64,000 bases of DNA, taken from assembly GCA_951406725.2 (NCBI GenBank), contig OX597814.1:61194001-61258000 (forward strand), given 5' to 3'. Position 1 is the first letter of the stretch, and each line of letters begins with the position of its first letter. The notes beneath the pieces were generated by a model, which ran no database searches, had not been told where the DNA came from, and worked only from the letters and a program-made list of their open reading frames with translations. This DNA comes from Octopus vulgaris. Lineage: Eukaryota. The translations under genes and the position numbers were made by a program. This document shows, piece after piece, positions 29,259 to 64,000 of this stretch.

Positions 29259-32200
29259 AAACCATTATATATCACTTTCCTAACACTTCTAATAAAGCGA
29301 GTGTGACTTTTCACAATTGCCCATTCTTGAAAATTCCTCTTAAATTATTTTTTAGCTCTTATTTGTTTCAATCATTTGGACTACAACCATGCTGGAGCAC
29401 TACTTTGAAGGATTTAGTCAAACAAATCAATCCCAGTGCTTACTTTTTTCAACTATGGTACTTGTTCTATTGGTCTCTTTGGTCAAACCACTAATTTATA
29501 CAGAGTCATTAGAAAAAAACACCAGTTGTCAAGCATATATGTTTATATATCATCATCATTTACCATCCGTTTTCCATGCTGCCATGTGTTGGATGGTTTG
29601 ACAGGAGCTGGCGAGCTGCCCAAAGTCCAGTTGTCTGTTTTGGCATGGTATCTATAACTGGATGCCCTTCCTAATGCCAACCACTTTACTAAGTTTATTG
29701 GTTGCATTTTACATGGTATCAGCATGGCTGCACAAGTGCTTTATTCATAGCACTGGCATATTGCTTTACTCTTGGCACTAGCATGAGTGTTTTCATCATG
29801 TAATGTCTGTTTTCCATATTGGCATGGGTTGGATAGTTTGACTGGAGTTGACAAGCCAGAGGAATGTGCCAAGTTTCTATAACCAGATACCCTTCCTAAT
29901 GTCAACCACTAAACAAGGTGTACTGGGTGCTTTTTATGTGACACCACAGAATCACTAAGTAACTTGGAAGCCAAAGGTCCCTCAACTGGGAGATGGAATA
30001 GTATTGAAGGAGGTGGCTTTGTGCCAGTTGAGAGGTAAAAAGCATAGAGTAGAGCTAGGAGTGTTCCTGTAGAAGAGGAACAAAGACACTCAAGTTGGAG
30101 AAGAAAGGAAATGTGTCAGACCATACTTTCAAGGTACATTTGGAGGTGAGTGTAAGTGAAGTGATATAGAGGAATAGGTTGGGTGAGTGGGCAGTGGGGA
30201 TAGAGAGGAAGTTTCATAAGAATGTGAAGAGAGATGGTTCTTCATGGGATAAAGGTGACTTTAGTAAGTGATAGCGAGAGATATAGGAGTGGCTCAGGAA
30301 GAGAGAAAGGGTTATGATAGATATGTGAGAGCATTAGGGGTGAATAGCAGATGAGAGAGGTATTAAAGGATGGAGTGTAGCAGAAGGTAGAAAGGCGGCG
30401 AGCTGGCAGAAACGTTAGCACACTGGCTTTCTGAGTTCAAATTCCGCCGAGGTCGACTTTGCCTTTCATCCTTTTGGGGTCGATATAATTGACTTAATCC
30501 CTTTGTCTGTCCTTGTTTGTCTCCTCTATGTTTAGCCCCTTGTAGGCAATAAAGAAATAAGAAGGTAGAAAGCAGTGACCAAAAGTACAGGAAGGCAATG
30601 ATTAGTGAAAACAATGGGCAGGTAATATATATGTGTGTGATGGATTTCTTTCAGTTTCCATATACCAAATTCTCTCACAAGGCTTTGGTTAACCTAGGAC
30701 TATAGTAGAAGACACTTGCCCTAGGTGCTGCAAAGTGGGAATGAATCTAAAACATGGTTGGGGAGCAAGTTTCTTAGTCACACAGCCAAGCCTGCACTTA
30801 TGCATGGAAAACAGACATTAAATGATGATGTTGATTAAAATATTTCCATCAACTTTCACATTTTTTGTTTTCCTTTTACATCATATCAGAATGTTACAGT
30901 TTTAGAACTTACCAAATGCAGTTAACATGTTCTAAAACTATTCCTAATGACTTTTTAAAATTTTATGTTATCAATATTGGAATTTTTAAATTCCTTATTT
31001 CTCCTTTTTTTCACAATTTTTATTCATGCTAGCTTTAGTTGGATTTTTTGTTGAAGCAGCTGAACTCAAATGTTCTTGCTCAGGACCATGCAGTGAAGTC
31101 AAAGCACAATTCCAGATAAGCTTAAGTTGTGCCCCTAGAGCAAGGCACACAACAAATTTTTGTCATTTCAGAATAGCAGGTCTTAATACACTGCAGTGCA
31201 CTGATGTGTGGTACAAGAGATATCTATGTGTACCTCAGATTTTTAAAATTATGATTTAAGGCTTTACAAAATCTATACTAGAGCATGTTAAAAGACATGT
31301 GAACCATAATTTCAGTATTCAAAGTATGACTAATAACACAAGATAATAGTTTTCTGTATATTTTTCTCTGAATTTTAAACTTTAAAACAGGTTTTTCTTT
31401 TACCTTCCATGTGAAGTGCACCAACAATGTTTAAATTTACAGATAAAGTGTGCCAATAATTATTTGGTCTCCATTAAACCACAATATCAAAAAGAGAATC
31501 ACAGCTTAAGTTTTAATCAAAATTGTTCATTTATTTCAAACTAAGAAGTAAGCCAGTAGTTCAGTCTAGTTTAGTTTTCATCATCTTTTATGATGAGCAA
31601 TTTAAACATTTTACATTCAGATGCAGTCTACACAATGGTATGTTCTCAATCACTATGATTGCATTTCACTTCATGCAGTATGCTAAGCACTCAATGATTT
31701 AATGTACCCAGATATAAAGTATAGTCCAAGGCAATTTACAGCTCATAGTTGTTACCAGTAAGAAAATTGTTTATTTGATGAGAGTCAATCTGAGCTCAAC
31801 TTCTTTTCATATATTATTGATGTGGAAGTTAATGAATCTGTTGCAATGACTATTTCAAGATGAGACATGAAAAACAAAAATCCTTAGCACCCCCAACATT
31901 CTAATTACTTAGAAGGTTTCCAGCTTTTTTTTAAAACAAACTATGAGTCAAAGAAGGAATCTCTAAACAGTTTTTTTAATCAGCTAGAAACAATAACTAA
32001 ATCCTACACTATCTGCTATTTTAAAAAGGACACATTGAACAATGAAGTCCTTAATCATCATCATCATCATCATCAATTAACATCTGCCTTCCATGCTGGC
32101 ATGGGTTGGATGGTTTGACAGGAGCCAGCCAAGTAGAAGACTACCCCAGGCTACTGTATGTTTTGGCATGGTTTTTACTGCTGGATGCCCTTTCTAACAC

Positions 32201-33534
32201 CAACCATGCCGCAGGGTGGACAATATATACAAAAAAAAACTGAAGATAATCATAACTTTGATCAATCTGATTGATCAGGGCTTACCTGAAGTTAGACAAC
32301 AACATTAACACCAATAAGAAATGGAAGAGAAGAAAGAACAAACGAGTTGTATTCAAAAATTTCATTTTTTCATTTTTATTTTAAAAATAACAGGTTTATC
32401 CACCATTTCATTGAATATCATCATACAAAATAATATATTACAAATACCTTGATTAGTATTCACCCAACCACACACCCTTATATCATACATTGATGAACTG
32501 ATTAATTTTTTAAAGTAAAGTGGCCACAGGTTATAATAGTTAAGTGGACTTAATGTTGGGACATAATGCAATGCTTGTATTTGTCTTATGAACTCACAAC
32601 TTAGGCACTAGGACTGCAATGACTTAATGGTCACTGCAACTTTTTAATGATTTGAATAATATACTGTTGGGTGAATAAACAAAAGCAGGTATAATTTCCT
32701 CCTCCTTTTCCACATTGTGACAGATTTGTAAAGAAATTCTTGTAATAAAAATGATTTCTTAGATAAGCAGAAGACCACAAATTTATATGAAATACATACA
32801 ATCAATTGATTTGAATTTATTATGCACCTGATACTTATTTTATTGTCTTTGTAGGAATGAAAGATAAAGTAGATTCTTGTGGGATTTGAACACAAAATTT
32901 AGAAGGACAAAAATCAATATTCTGACATTTCTGCTATTATATAGTAATGATGATAATTATTACCATAATTATTATAACATAATATGGAGAATTGGTATAC
33001 CATCAGATGAATTGTATAAAATCCCATTTGGGTCAGCTTTGTCTTTCATCCTTCATAATAAATATCAGAAAGATACTGTAATTGCGCTGACAAGAAAAAA
33101 CGTGTTTTGTGCCAATGTTAGAAATCAATAACAATCATTCTAACTTTGGCATGAGATGAGAAATAGGTAAAGGAGAAGGATACAATCAGATTGATGCCAG
33201 CATAACACTTGTATTTATTTGACTCCCTCCCAATGGACAAACATGATTTCAGCAGGATTTAAATCAAAATATAACATGACATAACTTTAACTCATTACAA
33301 TTGCTCTACCAATTCTACCACTCATTTCTAACAAAGACATAAAACCAGAAATTTGTGAGGAGGGAACAGTCAATGGTATCAACTTCAATACTTAACAGGT
33401 ATTTTATTTGTTGACCACAGAAGGATGAAATGCAAATTCAACCTCAGCAGGATTTGAACTCAAAACAAATACAGCAAAGCATTTTGTTTGATGTTTCTAC
33501 CAATCTACTGTTCTCTATAGGCTGGAAGATAATA

Positions 33535-34454
33535 TTGGGTTACCCCCAAAATAATGCGGTTTTTTCTGCATGAACTAAAAGTCAGAGGGGAATGGAATAA
33601 ACTACCTGCATCAACTTGCTATAAAGGCAGGTAGGAATTTTACCTTTTTCTTATTCGTAGTGCAAGTTTTGAAGAGTGCAGTTCGATTTTAACAATTATT
33701 TTTCCAAAAGCTATAATTCCATTGACAAAGGAGCATATTCAGCATATTTTGCTTTAAGAGTTCAATAAAGGCAACAACCCAACGGAAAGTGTGAAGAATA
33801 TTAATGCAGTATATGGGGATTGGACAATAAGAGTAAGCCAGTGTCAACAGTGGTTCCAGAAATTCCGAGCTGGAAACTACAGCCTAGAAGACAAGCCTTA
33901 TCCTGGAAGATCTGTAGAGCTCAACAAGGATGTCTTGCAAAATGGAACAAAATCCCACCGTAACTGATGAGGAACTAACAGAAAAGCTTCGATTTGGTCA
34001 TTCAACCAGTCATCAATACCAGTGCTAGAAGAAAAACTGACCATCTTTGGTTTCAAGACAAAAGGTGTTCTTCTATCTGGCATTAGCTCAGCCACATACA
34101 GCGAGGATGACATTCCAAAGGCTGGAACAGTTTGAATGGGAAATGATGCTCCACCCACCATATTCACCAGACATAGCCCCATCTGATTATCATTTATTCC
34201 ACCATCTTCAAAATCATTTGGATGGAAAAAATATGAATTCTGTAGATGAGGCCAGTACAGTGCTAGGGGAGTATTTTTCGTCATAGACAAGTGAATACTG
34301 AAAGAAGGGTCTTGCAAGTCTACCAGATAGATGGAAGAGCATTGTAGAAGATGAAGGAGAGTATATTTTAGATTAAAAAAGAACTTTGTTTATTTTAATT
34401 TTGAAAAATAAAAGAAGTATAAAAAAAGCCACATTATTAATGGGAGGAACCCAA
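33535..34454 (+). mobile_element. Mariner transposon, internally deleted and degenerate
   Basis: TA|TTGGGTT...AACCCAA|TA termini; HPPYSPDIAPSDYHLF motif; broken N-terminal HTH region. Confidence 0.92.
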
Positions 34455-35093
34455 TACTTTTGTCAGGGCAAAATCACCATTATTCTGACTCTAGTATTTA
34501 ACAGGTATTTATTTTAACAAATGGAAATTAAAGTCAACTCCAACAGGATTCTAAGTTGAAAGGTGAGGAGCCATAACTAAATACTGCAAGGCATTTTGTC
34601 AAACACTACTTTTTTTTGTTTTGTCCACTCCACTGTTATTTTAATAATATAACATTTTGTGATAATCAAATTCACTTAATTCAAGTTAACTTAACCCTTT
34701 TACTGCAAAAATCAGATATATCCACTCAAAATTTCATTATGCTTAAAAACAGAAAGCAGCTTTTTTTTTTTTTATATATACCAATCTATCTTTTGTTGAG
34801 GAATGTCATGTTCAAAACTATTTTCTTTTCAGATATGTCAACATTATTGAGACAATGTAACTTACAGAAAATACTAACTTTATGTTTTTTTGATAGATAT
34901 TTAACAATCATTATTGGAATGGCCATGAAATTTATTTTTGCAGTTAAAAGATTAAAAGTTATCCCCTTATGTCTGACAATGATTTATCAAAAATTGAAAT
35001 AGAAAAATATAAAACTTTTTCACTTAATCAATTAGATTAAATTAAATATTTTTAAAGAAAAATTAAAAATTTCAATGTAATTTTTTACTGAAA

Positions 35094-62815
<27,722 letters not shown>

Positions 62816-62914
62816 CTAAAGAGAAAAGAATGACAAGGTTTATTTATAAGTAGAAGTTTTTAACTGGAAAACTGGAAGATTTATACATTATGCTTTTATC
62901 ACATTTACATTATT

Positions 62915-63250
62915 ATTACCTCCGCCTTAGCAAAGGCAAAGGTATTGTTTTCAGTTGTGTTTGTTTGCTTGTTTGTTTGTCCATGGACAAGATGTCTCAA
63001 GAATCGCTGGATGGATTCAGATGAAACTTTCAGAGATGTTTGGCCTCGAGACTGGCACAAACTAATTAGATTTTGGGATTCATAGGATACCAGACAAGGA
63101 TTCTGGATTATTTTTCCAGTCTTTTAATTTAATTTTTTGAGAGTGGTCAGGTTCATTTTTAGTATTCTTGTTTGTGAGAGGAGTCAAGTTTATTTCAGAT
63201 ATTTTCATTTTAAAAATCATCCCCGGCTAATCATTGAGTGCTCTTTTTCT
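62915..63250 (+). mobile_element. Helentron/HINE-like non-autonomous element
   Basis: 5' TATTACCTCCGCC..., internal (GTTT)n, GATGAAACTTT, 3' ...TGAGTGCTCT. Family assignment from recalled terminal motifs. Confidence 0.5.
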
Positions 63251-63572
63251 TATTCTTATTCTTCTTATTATTATAATTACTATTATTATTATTACTATTC
63301 TTCTTCTTCTTCTTCTTATTATTATTATTACTATTACTATTACTATTATTATTACTATTATTATTATTACTAGTATTACTATTATTACGGAGTGGTTGGT
63401 GTTAGGAAGGGCATCCAGCCGTAGAAACACTGCCAGATCAGACTGGGCCTGATGCTTCACAGACCCCAGTTGAACCGTCCAACCCATGCTAGCATGGAAA
63501 GCGGACGCTAAATGATGATGATGATGATTATTATTATTATTATTGCGAAGTCGATATAGAACCTCATCCGAC

Positions 63573-64000
63573 GACAGACACCCATGCCAACCCCCCATGC
63601 TTGCGAAGACATGTTGGGGCAAGCGAAATCGAAATCGAAACCGAATTGAACCAGCCAGGATCCCTGGCCTGGTGGTACGTAAAAAGCACTATCCGACTCG
63701 TGGCCGTGGCACGTAAAATACTCCAATGCGACCGTACGACAGGCACCCATGCCAACCCCCTTTGCTTGTGAAGACATGTTGGGGCAAGCGAAATCGAAAT
63801 CGAATTGAACCAGCCAGGATCCCTGGTCTGATGGTACGTAAAAAGCACTATCCGACTCGTGGCCGTGGCACGTAAAATACTCCAATGCGACCGTATGACA
63901 GGCACCCTTGCCAACCCCCTTTGCTTGTGAAGACATGTTGGGGCAAGCGAAATCGAAATCGAATTGAACCAGCCAGGATCCCTGGTCTGGTGGTACGTAA
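63573..64000 (+). repeat. Young tandem repeat (159-165-bp unit, >=2.6 copies) related to the RTE 3' UTR motif
   Basis: Units start at 63573, 63738 and 63897; each carries GGTACGTAAAAAGCAC and GGCACGTAAAATAC. Confidence 0.85.

Overview
This is eukaryotic, AT-rich, repeat-dense genomic DNA, most likely an octopus or other coleoid cephalopod (inferred from recalled SINE families, not verified). Three spliced genes can be rebuilt exon by exon with canonical GT-AG junctions and continuous frames. METTL5 (18S rRNA m6A methyltransferase; minus strand, 5 coding exons, 220 aa, 16462->487) lies head-to-head with INO80C/Ies6 (plus strand, 5 exons, 173 aa, 19411->28337). The last 11 exons of a lysosomal GH35 beta-galactosidase (GLB1-like; minus strand, 62815->35094) are also present, with the 5' exons beyond the window. 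Introns and intergenic DNA contain three tRNA-derived SINE families, RTE/CR1/HERO/R4-like LINE fragments, Penelope-like remnants with hammerhead ribozyme cores, mariner/maT transposons, piggyBac-like MITEs, a Helentron-like element, an LTR/TRIM-like relic, foldback palindromes and microsatellites. Nearly all ORFs in the supplied track are repeat noise. The most unusual signals are: (i) four hammerhead-like motifs; (ii) a HERO-like LINE 3' UTR with tandem CLEAR/M-box motifs plus TATA-Inr inside the lysosomal gene; (iii) His at the GLB1 position matching human R482, in a codon A-to-I editing could convert to Arg; (iv) a PHD finger inside an RTE reverse transcriptase; (v) recurring nested palindromes sitting in (TA)n tracts.
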